Below, piece by piece: positions 28,805 to 39,699 of a stretch of DNA of 64,000 nt. This stretch comes from an uncultured bacterium (GTDB lineage Bacteria > Planctomycetota > UBA1135 > GCA-002686595), in contig CALSNU010000002.1 in the NCBI GenBank assembly GCA_943787795.1, positions 576,001-640,000 on the forward strand, written 5' to 3'. Each line of letters starts with the position of its first letter. Positions within the stretch are counted from its first letter, which is position 1. The notes beneath the pieces were generated by a model. It had not been told where the DNA came from. It saw nothing but the letters and a program-made list of their open reading frames with translations, and made no database searches. The position numbers were made by a program, and so were the translations under genes.

Positions 28805-30327
28805 CAAGCGGTTCCTCCTGTCGCGGCGGCGAGCGCCGCGTCCTCGGTCCATTCCTCGCGGGGCCGAGCGGCCCCGAGGACGCCCCGGTGCATCACGGCG
28901 ATGCGATCACAGGTTCCCAGGAGCTCTGGCAAGTGGCTGCTGACCATCAGGATAGCCTTGCCTTCCACGGCCAGTCGGTCGAGCAGCCGGTACACCTCGA
29001 CCCGCGCGCCCACATCGATGCCGCGGGTGGGCTCATCGAGCAGCAGGACCTCCGCCCCGCACTCCATCAGGCGCGCGATGGCGACCTTCTGCTGGTTCCC
29101 ACCCGACAGGTCCCGCACCGGCTGGCGGGTGGAGCTCGCACGGAGGGAGAGCCGCTCACGCCAGGGCTCCGCCGCGGCCTCCCGCGCCATCCGGGTCAGC
29201 GCGCCCACACGGTTCGCGAGGCGGCGGACGCTGGAGAGGGTGACGTTGTCCGCGATGGAGAGCTCGAGGGCGACCCCCTCTCGCGCGCGGTCCTCGCTGA
29301 GCAGCCCCACGCCGAGCTCCACCCAGCGGGGGGGGCGGGGGCGCTCGATCGTAGCTCCCCGGAGCTCGACCTCGCCGGAGACCATGGGGTCGAGCCCGTA
29401 CAGGCTGCGGAGCATCTCCGTGCGCCCTGCACCCACGAGGCCGAAGACGCCGAGGATCTCGCCGGCCCGCAGCTCGAAGCTGGCGTCCCGCGGGGCCGAG
29501 GCGCCCGCGAGCCCCTGGACGGAGAGCACCGCGGCCCCGGGATTCCTCGGGGACCTCGGGTAGGCCTCCGAGACCGAGCGCCCCGCCATCGTCGTCACCA
29601 TCTCATCGGTGCTCGTATCCGACACCTCGCCGCGGCCCACGGTCTCGCCGTCGCGGAGCACGGTGAAGCGGTTCCCGATGGCCTTCACCTCGTCGAGGAA
29701 GTGGCTGATCCAAAGCACGGTCACGCCGCCGTCGACCAGGCGCCGGGTCACCCTGAACAGGCGCTCGACGTCCGGCGCGGAGAGGGAGCTGGTGGGCTCG
29801 TCGAACACGATGATCGTGGCGTCGAGGCAGAGGGCGCGGGCGATCTCGACCAGCTGCCGGTCGCCGGGGCCGAGTCCGCTGACCAGCGTGTCGGCGCTGA
29901 AGCTGGTGACCTCGAGGTCCGTGAGGACCTGGCTCAGCCGCTCCCGGGCGGCGTCGAGCCGCTTCACGCCGAGGCGCGAGGTCTCGCGTCCGAGGGTGAC
30001 GTTCTCCAGGACCGAGAGGTGGGGGCAGAGGTTGAGCTCCTGGTAGATCATCGCGACCCCGCGCTCCCGGGCCTCCCGGGGCGACGACGGCGCGAAGGGG
30101 GCCCCGTCGATCCAGAGCGCTCCCGAGTCCGGCGGCTGGGCCCCGGCCACGACCTTCATGAGGGTGCTCTTGCCCGCTCCGTTCTCCCCGAGCAGCGCGT
30201 GGACCTCACCCACGTCGGCCTCGAGGTCCACGCCGCGGAGGGCATGGACACCGCCGAAGCGTTTGGTGACCCCTTTGATCAGGAGTCGCGGCGGCCGCTG
30301 CCGCCGGAGGACGGCGCCGGTCTCCAT
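28804..30327 (-). CDS. Monosaccharide ABC transporter ATPase (RbsA-like, two NBDs)
   Basis: GENGAGKST, DEPT, LSGGNQQK and DEPTRGIDVG. Confidence 0.95.
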   Translation of the reverse strand: METGAVLRRQRPPRLLIKGVTKRFGGVHALRGVDLEADVGEVHALLGENGAGKSTLMKVVAGAQPPDSGALWIDGAPFAPSSPREARERGVAMIYQELNLCPHLSVLENVTLGRETSRLGVKRLDAARERLSQVLTDLEVTSFSADTLVSGLGPGDRQLVEIARALCLDATIIVFDEPTSSLSAPDVERLFRVTRRLVDGGVTVLWISHFLDEVKAIGNRFTVLRDGETVGRGEVSDTSTDEMVTTMAGRSVSEAYPRSPRNPGAAVLSVQGLAGASAPRDASFELRAGEILGVFGLVGAGRTEMLRSLYGLDPMVSGEVELRGATIERPRPPRWVELGVGLLSEDRAREGVALELSIADNVTLSSVRRLANRVGALTRMAREAAAEPWRERLSLRASSTRQPVRDLSGGNQQKVAIARLMECGAEVLLLDEPTRGIDVGARVEVYRLLDRLAVEGKAILMVSSHLPELLGTCDRIAVMHRGVLGAARPREEWTEDAALAAATGGTA

Positions 30328-31307
30328 CAGTCGTCGAGGATGGAGAGGTCAGGCTTCAGGAGGGCCTGGACCGAGGGGTCGTCGATGGACGAGGAGGGGA
30401 CGACCACCACGCCGGTGTCGATCCTGGAGTCCACGGCCTCACCGCGCACCGCGGCGACGCAGGCGCGCACGGAGAGCGCTCCCATCCGGACCGGGTCCTG
30501 GAGCACCAGGGCGTCGATCTCTCCGGCGCGGAGCGCCTCGACGAGCTTGTCGCTGGCGTCGAAGCCCACAAAGGCCACGTCCTCGGTGCGCCCGGAGTCT
30601 TGCAGAGCCCGCAGCATCCCGAAGGCCGCGGACTCGTTCGGGCAGAAGATGCCGTCCACTTCCTTGAAGCTGTTCAGGAGGTTCTCGGACGCCTGGTAGG
30701 CGCCCTCGTTCGTGGCCCCCGCGTACTGGTTCGAAGAGATGACCTCGATGCCGGCGGCCTTACCGATGGCCTCGAGGAAGCCCTCCTCACGCTCGAAGGT
30801 GCTGGCGGAGCCCTCCTGGTAGCGCAGCAGGATCACCGACCCCTCGCCGCCCATCATCTCCGCGAGAGCCTCCCCCGCGAGCTCTCCGCCGCGCCGGTTG
30901 TCGGTGGCGACGAAGGAGGTGCGCCCCACCCAGTCGAGGTCGCTGTCCGCGACGACGACGGGGATACCCTGCCCGCCGGCCTCCTCGGCCGGGGTAACGA
31001 GGGCCTTGCGGTCCATGGGCATGAGGACGATCCCGTCCACGCCCCGGACGACGAAGTTCTCGACGATCTGGATCTGCTCCGCGCGGTCGTCTTCGCGGAT
31101 GGGCCCCTTCCAGATGATCTCGACGCCGAGGTCCCGGGCGGCGGCCTCGGCGCCGGCGTGCACAGACTTCCAGAATTCGTGGGTCGTGCCCTTGGGCACG
31201 ACAGCGATCTGCAGCGTGTCGTTGGCAGCGTCGCTGTTCGGGGCGCCCCCGCACGCGGAGAGCGCGAGGAGGGAGAGGGCAGCGGTCAGTCGAAGTCGTT
31301 GATTCAT
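30327..31307 (-). CDS. Sugar ABC transporter substrate-binding lipoprotein (RbsB-like)
   Basis: Lipobox LSAC, PKGTTHEFW, VATDN, VGFD and QDP..MG. Confidence 0.93.
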   Translation of the reverse strand: MNQRLRLTAALSLLALSACGGAPNSDAANDTLQIAVVPKGTTHEFWKSVHAGAEAAARDLGVEIIWKGPIREDDRAEQIQIVENFVVRGVDGIVLMPMDRKALVTPAEEAGGQGIPVVVADSDLDWVGRTSFVATDNRRGGELAGEALAEMMGGEGSVILLRYQEGSASTFEREEGFLEAIGKAAGIEVISSNQYAGATNEGAYQASENLLNSFKEVDGIFCPNESAAFGMLRALQDSGRTEDVAFVGFDASDKLVEALRAGEIDALVLQDPVRMGALSVRACVAAVRGEAVDSRIDTGVVVVPSSSIDDPSVQALLKPDLSILDD

Positions 31308-31373
31308 GACGATGGGGGAAGTCGCGGTCGAACCAGCCTAACCGCTCGGGCTCTCTTGCTACGTTGGCGGGCC

Positions 31374-32213
31374 ATGCCCATCGACGCTCATCAGCACTTC
31401 TGGACCTACGACGAGGCGCAGTACGGCTGGATCGCCGAAGGCGGCCTGAAGGCCCTCCAGCGCGACTTCCTCCCCGGAGATCTCCGCCCCCTGCTCGATC
31501 AGCGGGGCATCGACGGCACCGTCGCCGTCCAGGCGCGCCAGGACCTGGAGGAGAGCGAGTGGCTCCTGGGTCTCGCGGATGAGCACCCCTGGATCCGCGG
31601 CGTGGTCGGCTGGGTGGATCTCGCCGCGAGCGACGTCGAGGCGCAGCTGGACCGGCTGGCGGCCGCCCGGGGTGGAGCGCACCTGGTGGGGATCCGGCAC
31701 GTGGTACAGGACGAGGCCGCGGGGTTCCTGGACGGGGCGGAGTTCCGCCGCGGCGTCACGGCCTTGGGAGCTCGAGGGCTCGCCTACGACGTGCTGATCC
31801 TCGAGCATCAGCTGGAGGAGGCGGTCCGCTTCTGCGGAGCCATGTCTGGCCAGCGCCTGGTCCTCGACCACCTCGCCAAGCCCCGTATCGCGGACGGGGA
31901 GATCGACCGCTGGGCTGCGCTGATGCGAGAGCTCGGCGCCATGGAGCACGTGACCTGCAAGGTCAGCGGCATGGTCACCGAGGCGGACCACGGGGCGTGG
32001 ACCTATGACCAGCTCACGCCCTACATGGACGTGGCCTTCGAGGCCTTCGGTCCGAGGCGGCTGATGTTCGGTTCGGACTGGCCGGTGTGCACCCTCGCGG
32101 CCCCCTACACCCGCGTGCACGAGGTCTTCTCCCGCTGGAGGGCGTCGCTCTCCATGGTGGGCGCGACGGTGGACAACGAGGCAGCTATCAAGGCGGCCTA
32201 CGGGCTCGCCTGA
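31374..32213 (+). CDS. Amidohydrolase_2 family sugar lactonase (L-fucono/L-rhamnono-lactonase-like)
   Basis: IDAHQHFW, VAVQA, GVVGWVDL, GIRH, DHLAKP and RLMFGSDWPVC. Confidence 0.88.
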   Translation: MPIDAHQHFWTYDEAQYGWIAEGGLKALQRDFLPGDLRPLLDQRGIDGTVAVQARQDLEESEWLLGLADEHPWIRGVVGWVDLAASDVEAQLDRLAAARGGAHLVGIRHVVQDEAAGFLDGAEFRRGVTALGARGLAYDVLILEHQLEEAVRFCGAMSGQRLVLDHLAKPRIADGEIDRWAALMRELGAMEHVTCKVSGMVTEADHGAWTYDQLTPYMDVAFEAFGPRRLMFGSDWPVCTLAAPYTRVHEVFSRWRASLSMVGATVDNEAAIKAAYGLA

Positions 32214-32222
32214 GCGGGCCTT

Positions 32223-32261
32223 TCGGAGGAGCCTGTCGGGGGAGCCTGTCGGAGGGGGCGA
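32223..32261. repeat. 13-bp tandem repeat TCGGRGGAGCCTG x2.6
   Basis: Units at 32223, 32236 and 32249, between convergent genes. Confidence 0.7.
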
Positions 32262-32281
32262 GACGCGACTCCTCCTCGAAG

Positions 32282-33589
32282 TCAGCGCGCGAGGATGCGC
32301 TCGGCCTGGGCCCGCATGGGGTGACCGGGAGCCAGGGCCTTGGCGGCCTCAAGGGCCTCGACGGCCTCCCCGCGGCGGCCCGCGTTGAACAGCGCCATCG
32401 CCCGCAGGTAGGCGGGCTCGGCCAGGGCGGGGGACGCCTTCCGCCACTGGTCGATGCGGAAGAGCGCCTCCTCCCAGCGGTTCATGCTGCCCAGCGCGGT
32501 GACCCAGGCCTGGTAGCCGAGGTTGTCGAGGGGTGCGGAGCGCGCGACGGTCTTGAAGTGCCCGTCCGCCTCCTCGAAGGCGCCCGCCTCGGCGTCGAGG
32601 AGTCCCAGCATCCGGTGGGCGTCGAGGTCGGCGGGGGTGGCCTCGAGGACGGCGTCGAGCTGGGCGCGGGACTCGGGGATCCGGCGCAGCTCCATCAGGG
32701 CGCTCGCGAGATAGAGCCGCGCGGTGCGGTTGTCCTCGTCCACCGTCAAGACGCGCTGGAACTCCACGGCGGCGGCCGCGAACTCGCGGCGGCGGACCAT
32801 GGCCTCACCGCGCTGGAAGTTCATGGCGGCGGACCGCGAGCGGGTCATGATGTCCCGGCGCACCGAGTCGCCCAGCTGAACCTTGGCCTCCTCGGCCGCC
32901 CTCTGGCGCGCGGTCACCGCCGCGGCCTCGTCCACGCGCTGGAGCATGGTGAGCCCCTGGCCGAGGGCCGTGGCCAGCGCCGGGTCGCCGGGGAAGCGCT
33001 CGTGCAGCCGGGCCAGCCGCTCCACCGCGGCCTCGGCCTCTCCCTGGTCGAGGAGCGCCCGCCCGATGCCCAGCTCGGCGTAGTCGTACTCGTAGTCGAG
33101 GCCTTCCGAGACCTCTCGGGCCCGCTCGAAGGCGGCCAGGGAGCCGGCGGCGTCACCGCTCACCAGCAGGAAGTCGCCGAGGCGCGCGAAGATGGGGGGG
33201 TAGTCATCCCGTAGCTCGCCGGCCCGCTCGAAGCGAGCCGCCACCTCGCCGACCTCCCGCTCCAGCATGGTCCCCAGCACCGCGTGGTCGTAGACGGCCT
33301 TGAACAGGGTCGGGTCCAGCTCGATGGCCACAGACAGACACTCCTCCGCCTCCTCCAGGAAGAAGTGTGCGTCGAGGGCCAGGCCCAGCTCGCTCCACCT
33401 CTGAGCATCCCCTGGATCTGCCACGACCGCCGCCCGGGCAGCGCCGAGCGTCTCGGCCACCAGCGGCTCCATGGTGCTGGTGTCCAACACTGGCGGAGCT
33501 GGGCGCACCTCTGTGGGCGCTGTCCCTCCGCACGCGGTCAGCAGCAGGGAGAGGGCCGGGAGGATGAGAGTGAGCAGAGTTCGGGTCAT
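32282..33589 (-). CDS. TPR-repeat lipoprotein
   Basis: Lipobox LTAC and repeated TPR-like helices. Confidence 0.85.
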   Translation of the reverse strand: MTRTLLTLILPALSLLLTACGGTAPTEVRPAPPVLDTSTMEPLVAETLGAARAAVVADPGDAQRWSELGLALDAHFFLEEAEECLSVAIELDPTLFKAVYDHAVLGTMLEREVGEVAARFERAGELRDDYPPIFARLGDFLLVSGDAAGSLAAFERAREVSEGLDYEYDYAELGIGRALLDQGEAEAAVERLARLHERFPGDPALATALGQGLTMLQRVDEAAAVTARQRAAEEAKVQLGDSVRRDIMTRSRSAAMNFQRGEAMVRRREFAAAAVEFQRVLTVDEDNRTARLYLASALMELRRIPESRAQLDAVLEATPADLDAHRMLGLLDAEAGAFEEADGHFKTVARSAPLDNLGYQAWVTALGSMNRWEEALFRIDQWRKASPALAEPAYLRAMALFNAGRRGEAVEALEAAKALAPGHPMRAQAERILAR

Positions 33590-35331
33590 CGGATGGCCTC
33601 GCCGCTGCCGCGGAGGAGCTGGTGCACACTTCCGGTCTTCAGCCCCACGAAGCGCTCCCGGAGGCCATTCGTCCAGCGCAGCTCGACGTCAACCTGTGCT
33701 CCCTCGCGGGTCCCGGGGACGCCGAAGTGCGCGCGGGGGTCGCGGCTGGACTGGTACCCGTCCGACGCGCGGGTCGTGCGCGTCAGCTCGAAGTCAGGCG
33801 CCGACACCTTGACCTGAACGCCGAGGCCGGTGGCGCTCGCACCATCGACCCGGGGGTCGATCGTGATCCAGTCGCCCTCGCGGGGCGCGTCGTTGCGGAG
33901 CACGCGCGCGGCGTTCTCGTTGCCGGTGACCACGAGGTCGACGTCACCATCGCCGTCCAGGTCGCCCTGGAACACGCAGCGGTCCACGAGTAGCGGGCCC
34001 GTGAGGGCGCGGGCTCGCTCCTTCTCGTCGGTGAAGCGTGCGCCGTTGGCCAGGAGCAGAGAATTCTCCTCGGCGAGCTGCGCCCAGGCCCCCTCGAGTT
34101 CGCAGCCCTCGGGGACCGGTCCGATGCGAACGCGCCCGTTGGCGATGGCGAGGTCCAGGTCCCCGTCCAGCTCCACGTCGAAGGCGGCCACGCCGAAGCC
34201 CGTGTTGGGCCGGGTCATGACCCCCAAGCCCGCCTGCCCGGTGCGGTCGCTGAAGGCGCCGGCGCCCCGGGCCCGGTAGAGGGTGTGCGTCTCCTCCTGG
34301 AGGTGCGTCATGAAGAGGTCCGAGAGCCCGTCTCGGTCCAGGTCCTCCACGACCACGCCCATGCTGGCCTCGGCGAAGCCGTTCTGGTTCAGGGCGATCC
34401 CGCGCGTCGCGCCCTCGTCGCGCCAACCGCCCTCCCCGTCGGGGACCCAGAGCTGGTTGGCCTGGCCGTCATTCGCGACGTAGACATCCAGCCGGCCGTC
34501 GCCCGTCAGGTCCTCGAGGACGACGCCGAGCCCCGGGGCGGGCACGGCCACGAGCCCCGCCTCGGCGCTCGCATCGCGGAAGGACCCGCCCTCGTTGATG
34601 AGCAGCACGTCGTGGACGGGCGCCCCGCTGCCCGGCGGGCAGTAGGTGCGCCGGCCGGCGGCGTCGTTGCAGATGATCTTCGAGTCGAGCTCGATGTAGC
34701 GAGCCACGAAGAGGTCGAGGTCGCCGTCGGCGTCCACGTCACCGAAGGCTGCCGAGGTGGACCACCCCGCCACGCCCGCTCCCCACTCTGCCGTCGCGTC
34801 CTTGAAGCGCCCGCCGCCGTCGTTCAGGAAGAGAGCGTCGGTCCCCTGTTGGGTGACGTAGAGGTCGACGTCCCCATCGCCGTCCACGTCGCCGGCCGCC
34901 GCGCCCATGGCGTAGCCGGTGAGGGGTGCGAACCCGGCGCCTTCGCTCACGTCCGTGAAGGTGCCCTCTCCATCGTTGCGGAAGAGCGCGTGCCCCTCGC
35001 CCGCCTGGGCGGCCGTGGCAGAGCCGGGGTCTGCGCCGCCCTGGAGGAGGAGGAGGTCGAGGTCTCCGTCGCCGTCCATATCGAACAGCGCGCCGCCGCC
35101 GCCCATGATCTCCGTCAGGATCCAGTCCCCGGCCGCCCCGGAGCCGTGGGAGAAGCGGACGCCGCTGGACGCCGTCACGTCGGTGAACAGCGGGCTCGTA
35201 GGCTCATCGGCGGCCTTCGATTCAGGCGTGCCTCCGGCGGGCGTGTCGCCCCCGCAGCCGTAGAGGCCCAGGCTGACCAACCCGAACCAGGCGAGGGGGC
35301 CGGCGGAGATTCTGCGATCGCGAGCCTTCAT
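33586..35331 (-). CDS. CRTAC1-family FG-GAP/VCBS-repeat lipoprotein with ASPIC/UnbV domain
   Basis: Multiple D.DGDGD.DL repeats, EASMGV, C-terminal GY.S....AHFG and WTNG. Confidence 0.9.
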   Translation of the reverse strand: MKARDRRISAGPLAWFGLVSLGLYGCGGDTPAGGTPESKAADEPTSPLFTDVTASSGVRFSHGSGAAGDWILTEIMGGGGALFDMDGDGDLDLLLLQGGADPGSATAAQAGEGHALFRNDGEGTFTDVSEGAGFAPLTGYAMGAAAGDVDGDGDVDLYVTQQGTDALFLNDGGGRFKDATAEWGAGVAGWSTSAAFGDVDADGDLDLFVARYIELDSKIICNDAAGRRTYCPPGSGAPVHDVLLINEGGSFRDASAEAGLVAVPAPGLGVVLEDLTGDGRLDVYVANDGQANQLWVPDGEGGWRDEGATRGIALNQNGFAEASMGVVVEDLDRDGLSDLFMTHLQEETHTLYRARGAGAFSDRTGQAGLGVMTRPNTGFGVAAFDVELDGDLDLAIANGRVRIGPVPEGCELEGAWAQLAEENSLLLANGARFTDEKERARALTGPLLVDRCVFQGDLDGDGDVDLVVTGNENAARVLRNDAPREGDWITIDPRVDGASATGLGVQVKVSAPDFELTRTTRASDGYQSSRDPRAHFGVPGTREGAQVDVELRWTNGLRERFVGLKTGSVHQLLRGSGEAIR

Positions 35332-35630
35332 GGTCGCTGGATCCTATCGGCCCGCCAGCGGTTCCGGCGCGAGTCACTCCTGGCCTCTCCCGGCGAGCGA
35401 CGGGCACGGCATCAGTTTGACGCAAGCGACCGCGACGTGAGCCGCCGCGGCTGCAGATCGAGGCCCCAGGTGGGGGGCGCGGTCGACGCCCGGCGGTTCG
35501 CGCGGCGCCCTTCGGGCTCCACCGGGTGGGTCGATCGGGGATCTCGGGTCCGGGACACGGGAAGGCCATCGTTGAATGGAGGGGCGTGGCTAGACTCGAA
35601 TGGGTCCCGCTCACTTGCCCCCTCAAAGCC

Positions 35631-37982
35631 ATGGCCTCCACCCGAATCGCGCTGCTCACCCTCCTCCTCGGCCTCGGGCTCGGCGCAGGGATCGGGTTCC
35701 TCCTGGGGGGTGATGGCCGACCGGCCGTTCAGGCCGCGGACTCGTCCATCGTTCGCAGAGCCGAGCTCGAGCGGGGAGGCTCGGCGGAGGCGCTGTCCCT
35801 CGCGGCCCTGGGTCCGGCGGACCGTGGGTCGAGTTCAGGGGTCAACACCGACGCCGCCGATCGCGTGTTGACGGCGGAGGCGGACGGTTATTCGGACGCG
35901 GCGCTCGCTCGTATCTCCATGGAGACGGAGGGCGCTGAGGATGGCCTGACCGGCGTCGGGACGATCACCGGGACGGTCTTTGACGGCGACGGAGCGCCCC
36001 TCGCGGGGGCCACGGTCGTGACCGTGAACTTCTACTCCGCGGGCGAGGGGAGCAACCGCGGGCGGAGCACGGAGAGCGTCGGGCGGGGATGGTCTGGACC
36101 GACGGAGGTCCGCGGGGCGCTCGCCGCCAACGCCAAGACACTGCTCGAGAAGCAGCGCCGCCAGCGAACCACGACGACCGACGCAGCGGGCGGCTTCGAG
36201 TTCGCGGATCTGCCTGCGGGGCGCTTCACTCTGAGGCCTTACCTCGAGGGGATGGTCTTCGAGAGCCAGACGGTCCGCGTCGGCGAGAGCGCCCAGTTCA
36301 TCGGCAAGCCCGTGTCGGAGTACCACCTCGACCTGCGTCTCCCCGACGGAACGGTCCCGGAGGAGGCGACCATCGCGCTCATCGGCGAGCGGAGGACCAG
36401 AGGGTCCTACCGCTGGACCAGCGACGACCCGACGATCCGCCTCACCCGCTCTACGGCCTCCTTGAAGGCCATGGTCGGCCGCGTGCAGGGCGGAGAATAC
36501 GGGCGAGCGGACTCCTCCGAGCTGGCCTCTGACATCAAGGTCATCGACCTGGAGCACGACGGTGAAGGGCCACACCTCTTCGAGCTCAAGGCGCGCTCGC
36601 TCCTGTGGGTCACCATCGAGGACGAGTCCGGCCTCGTGCCGCGGATCGAGCCCTGGGTGAAGATCGTTGAGGCGGCGAAGGCCGAGGGCGAGGACCCCGA
36701 TGACCTCTTTGACGAGAAGAGGTCTCTCGCCAGGACCCCGTCTGGCGCCTTCAGCGTGGCGGATCTGGACGCGGGCAGCTACCTGCTCGGCGCGGGGCTC
36801 GGCGCTGGACCCGTGCAGGTCACGGCCGAGGTGCTGCTCGATGGCGGACTCGTCGAGCAGTCGCTCACCCTTGGCGGGGTGGACATGGCCGAGTTCTTGG
36901 TCGTGCGTTGCACCGGGCCGTCCGGCAAGAATCTGCTCGACGTCTCCTTCTCACAGCGTGAGGAGCGCACCGGCGGTGGATCGGGTAGCGGACGGGTGAA
37001 GTCGATCGCCCGGGGGCCGGGGACGTACTGGCTGCCCATGAGCGAGGTCCTCGACGGCAACGAATGGAACGAGTTGACCTCGGTCGAGTTGACGGCGACC
37101 GCCGAGGGCTACGGCGAACTCATCCAGCCGCTGGTCCAGGGACAGAGTGAGGTCTCCATGTCGTTCCAGCGCAGCGCGGAGCTCCTGGTTCGGGTGACGG
37201 GGGATCTCTCGCCCGGGTTCATGGTCAGCGCGGTGTCCATCGTGAAGAAGGACGATGGCGGGGATCGGCGGCTGCGTTCCTCACGCAGCGCGACCCGTGT
37301 CAGCAGCGAGGGGACCGCTCGGATCCTCGGGCTCCAGCCCGGCCTCTTCCGGGTCGAGCTGAAGAGGGCATCCCAGGGCAACCGCGGAAGGGGCGGCGCG
37401 GCGATCGCCTGGCAGGAGATGACCGTTCGGCCGGGCGCCCAGGAGGTCTCGTTCCGCGCCCCGACCTTCCATCGATTCGTGGTCCACGCGCCGGACCTCT
37501 CGGAAGGAACCGGGTTCTGGCTGGAGCGGGAGGGGTCCCCGAACAGCGGCTGGTGGGGCGGCAGCGCGAGCGCAGAGCTCGACGATCAGCACCGCGCGAC
37601 CTTCGAGGACGTGGCGGCGGGCGAGTACAAGCTCAAGACCTGGTCGAACTCGGGGCAGTCCTCGATGGACGTCACCGTCCCCTCGGGCGAGGTCCTGTTC
37701 GAGGTCAAGACCGTCAATGCGTACCGCGTGGGGTCCGTGAGTGAGGGCAAGCTCGGCGAGGCGGCTGGCCTTCAGGTGGGGGACCTGGTGACCGCCGTCA
37801 ACGGCAAGGCGGTCGACCGAGACTCGTTCTGGAACCGCCTCACCCTGGACCTCGGCACCGAGGCGGTCCGGCTCACGGTGGACAGGAACGGCGCGGTGAT
37901 CGACGTCGAGCTGGGTCCCGGCAAGCCGGGCACGAACATCTCTCGGCAGATCGGCGTCAACTGGGAGCCGACCAGCCGCTGA
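35631..37982 (+). CDS. Membrane-anchored protein with carboxypeptidase-regulatory-like domains and a C-terminal PDZ domain
   Basis: ITGTV.D.DGAPLAGATV, TTDAAGGFEF..LPAG and AAGLQVGD.VTAVNG. Confidence 0.8.
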   Translation: MASTRIALLTLLLGLGLGAGIGFLLGGDGRPAVQAADSSIVRRAELERGGSAEALSLAALGPADRGSSSGVNTDAADRVLTAEADGYSDAALARISMETEGAEDGLTGVGTITGTVFDGDGAPLAGATVVTVNFYSAGEGSNRGRSTESVGRGWSGPTEVRGALAANAKTLLEKQRRQRTTTTDAAGGFEFADLPAGRFTLRPYLEGMVFESQTVRVGESAQFIGKPVSEYHLDLRLPDGTVPEEATIALIGERRTRGSYRWTSDDPTIRLTRSTASLKAMVGRVQGGEYGRADSSELASDIKVIDLEHDGEGPHLFELKARSLLWVTIEDESGLVPRIEPWVKIVEAAKAEGEDPDDLFDEKRSLARTPSGAFSVADLDAGSYLLGAGLGAGPVQVTAEVLLDGGLVEQSLTLGGVDMAEFLVVRCTGPSGKNLLDVSFSQREERTGGGSGSGRVKSIARGPGTYWLPMSEVLDGNEWNELTSVELTATAEGYGELIQPLVQGQSEVSMSFQRSAELLVRVTGDLSPGFMVSAVSIVKKDDGGDRRLRSSRSATRVSSEGTARILGLQPGLFRVELKRASQGNRGRGGAAIAWQEMTVRPGAQEVSFRAPTFHRFVVHAPDLSEGTGFWLEREGSPNSGWWGGSASAELDDQHRATFEDVAAGEYKLKTWSNSGQSSMDVTVPSGEVLFEVKTVNAYRVGSVSEGKLGEAAGLQVGDLVTAVNGKAVDRDSFWNRLTLDLGTEAVRLTVDRNGAVIDVELGPGKPGTNISRQIGVNWEPTSR

Positions 37983-38181
37983 GGCCTCGCCCCTTGCCGG
38001 GTACGCCAGGCCAAGATCGTCCGGGCGAGAGGCCGCCAGTCACGGGGCGGGGCGAGCTCCGGTCGCGCTCGCTTCGACGCAGCTGCAAGCCCCGTCATGG
38101 ACCGGTCCGCGGGCCCGTTGTTCGAGGGCGTATCGGTCATGGGCCTCTCCTGTGGGGCACCGCGGAGGTGAGGGGGCTCCC

Positions 38182-39459
38182 TCAGGCGAGCGGCTCTCCT
38201 TGCCTGAGCTTCAGCCCGAGCAAGGCGGCGGTGCTCACCGCGGCGAGCCCGGTGAGGTAGTAGGCGGGGGCTGCGAGGTCGCCGGTCCGGGCGATCAGCC
38301 ACGTGCTCGCCAGCGGTGCCGTGCCACCGACGATGCCGAGGGTCACGTTGTAGGCGATGCCGATGGCGCTCGACCGGATGCGAGTCGGGAACATCTCCGC
38401 CATGAGGGCGGGGATAGGGCCCTGGTTGAGCGCGATGACCATCGCGAACACCAGCTGCGCGCTCAGGACGTAGGCGGTCACGCCTGTGTCAATGACGAGG
38501 AAGAGGGGGTAGGCGAGCACGGCCATCAGCACCATGCCGGCGAGGAGGACGCGCCGTCGGCCGAGCCGATCGGACAGGGAGCCAGCCACCGGGATCAGAG
38601 CCAGGAGCGCCACCATCGCGATCGAGTTCATCGCGTAGGAGTGGGGGACCGGGGGGTCGAGCATGTCCGAGAGGTAGGTGGGCATCCAGACGAACAGGAT
38701 GTAGAAGCCGCCGGCGAAGAGGAGGAGTAGCGCGCACAGGTGCAGGATCGGCCCCCTCGCCTCTCGCAGCGCGAGCACCACCGGCGACGGCCCGGCCTCC
38801 GGCTCGGCGCGCGCCTCGAAGACGTCGGATTCTGGCAGTCCCATGCGCAGCCAGAGCCCGGCCCCCGCGATGACGACTCCCAGGAGGAACGGGATCCGCC
38901 ACCCCCAGTCGGCCACGGCCTGGGCTCCCAGCGTGTCGCGCAGGGCGGTGACCAGGAGTGACCCCAGCAGGAGACCGCCGGTCGCGGTGAAGAGTGTCCA
39001 GCTCCCGTGGAGCCCGCGCTTCTTCGCCGGCGCCATCTCGACGAGGTAGGAGATCGAGCCGATCAACTCACCGCCGATCGACACGCCCTGGATGAGCCGC
39101 AGTAGAACCAGCAACAGGGCGGCCCAGCTGCCGATCTGTGCGTGGGTGGGGAGCAGCCCGACCAGGACGGTCGGGAGCGCCATCATCAGGATCGAGAGCT
39201 CGAGGGCGCGCTTGCGCCCCATGCGGTCGCCGATGTGGCCGAAGATCATCCCACCGAGGGGCCGCATCAGGTAGCCGGCCGCGAAGACGCCGTAGACCCG
39301 GATGAGGCCCGCCAGCGAGTCGTGGGCCGGGAAGAACTGGTTCGCCATGGCCGGGGCCAGGAAGCCAAAGACGGCGAAGTCATACCACTCGAGGATGTTC
39401 CCGAACGCGCCCGCGATGACGTGGTTTGATCTGTTGCTCTTGCTCATCTGGTCTCCCAC
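38182..39459 (-). CDS. MFS transporter, MHS/ProP-like
   Basis: GNILEWYDF, RPLGG..FGHIGDR.GRK, R.IQG.SIGGE and WGWRIPF. Confidence 0.93.
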   Translation of the reverse strand: MGDQMSKSNRSNHVIAGAFGNILEWYDFAVFGFLAPAMANQFFPAHDSLAGLIRVYGVFAAGYLMRPLGGMIFGHIGDRMGRKRALELSILMMALPTVLVGLLPTHAQIGSWAALLLVLLRLIQGVSIGGELIGSISYLVEMAPAKKRGLHGSWTLFTATGGLLLGSLLVTALRDTLGAQAVADWGWRIPFLLGVVIAGAGLWLRMGLPESDVFEARAEPEAGPSPVVLALREARGPILHLCALLLLFAGGFYILFVWMPTYLSDMLDPPVPHSYAMNSIAMVALLALIPVAGSLSDRLGRRRVLLAGMVLMAVLAYPLFLVIDTGVTAYVLSAQLVFAMVIALNQGPIPALMAEMFPTRIRSSAIGIAYNVTLGIVGGTAPLASTWLIARTGDLAAPAYYLTGLAAVSTAALLGLKLRQGEPLA

Positions 39460-39699
39460 CCAAGGTCACGCCAAAGGCGTTCAGCTCACGACGGCCAGCG
39501 ACGGGAGCCAACCGTGGTTCCACAGGAGACCATGAGCGACGGCACGCGGGGCCCTACGCGCGACGAGCGCGCCCGCGAAGTTCGACAGAAGTTATCCCGT
39601 CGGGCAGGAGCCTCGCGGGAACAACCCCAAGAGCCGCCGCCCTGGTTCGAGGTCGCGTCGGCCGTCCGTGCCCTGCCTCTAGGTCGACCCGCCGCTCCG

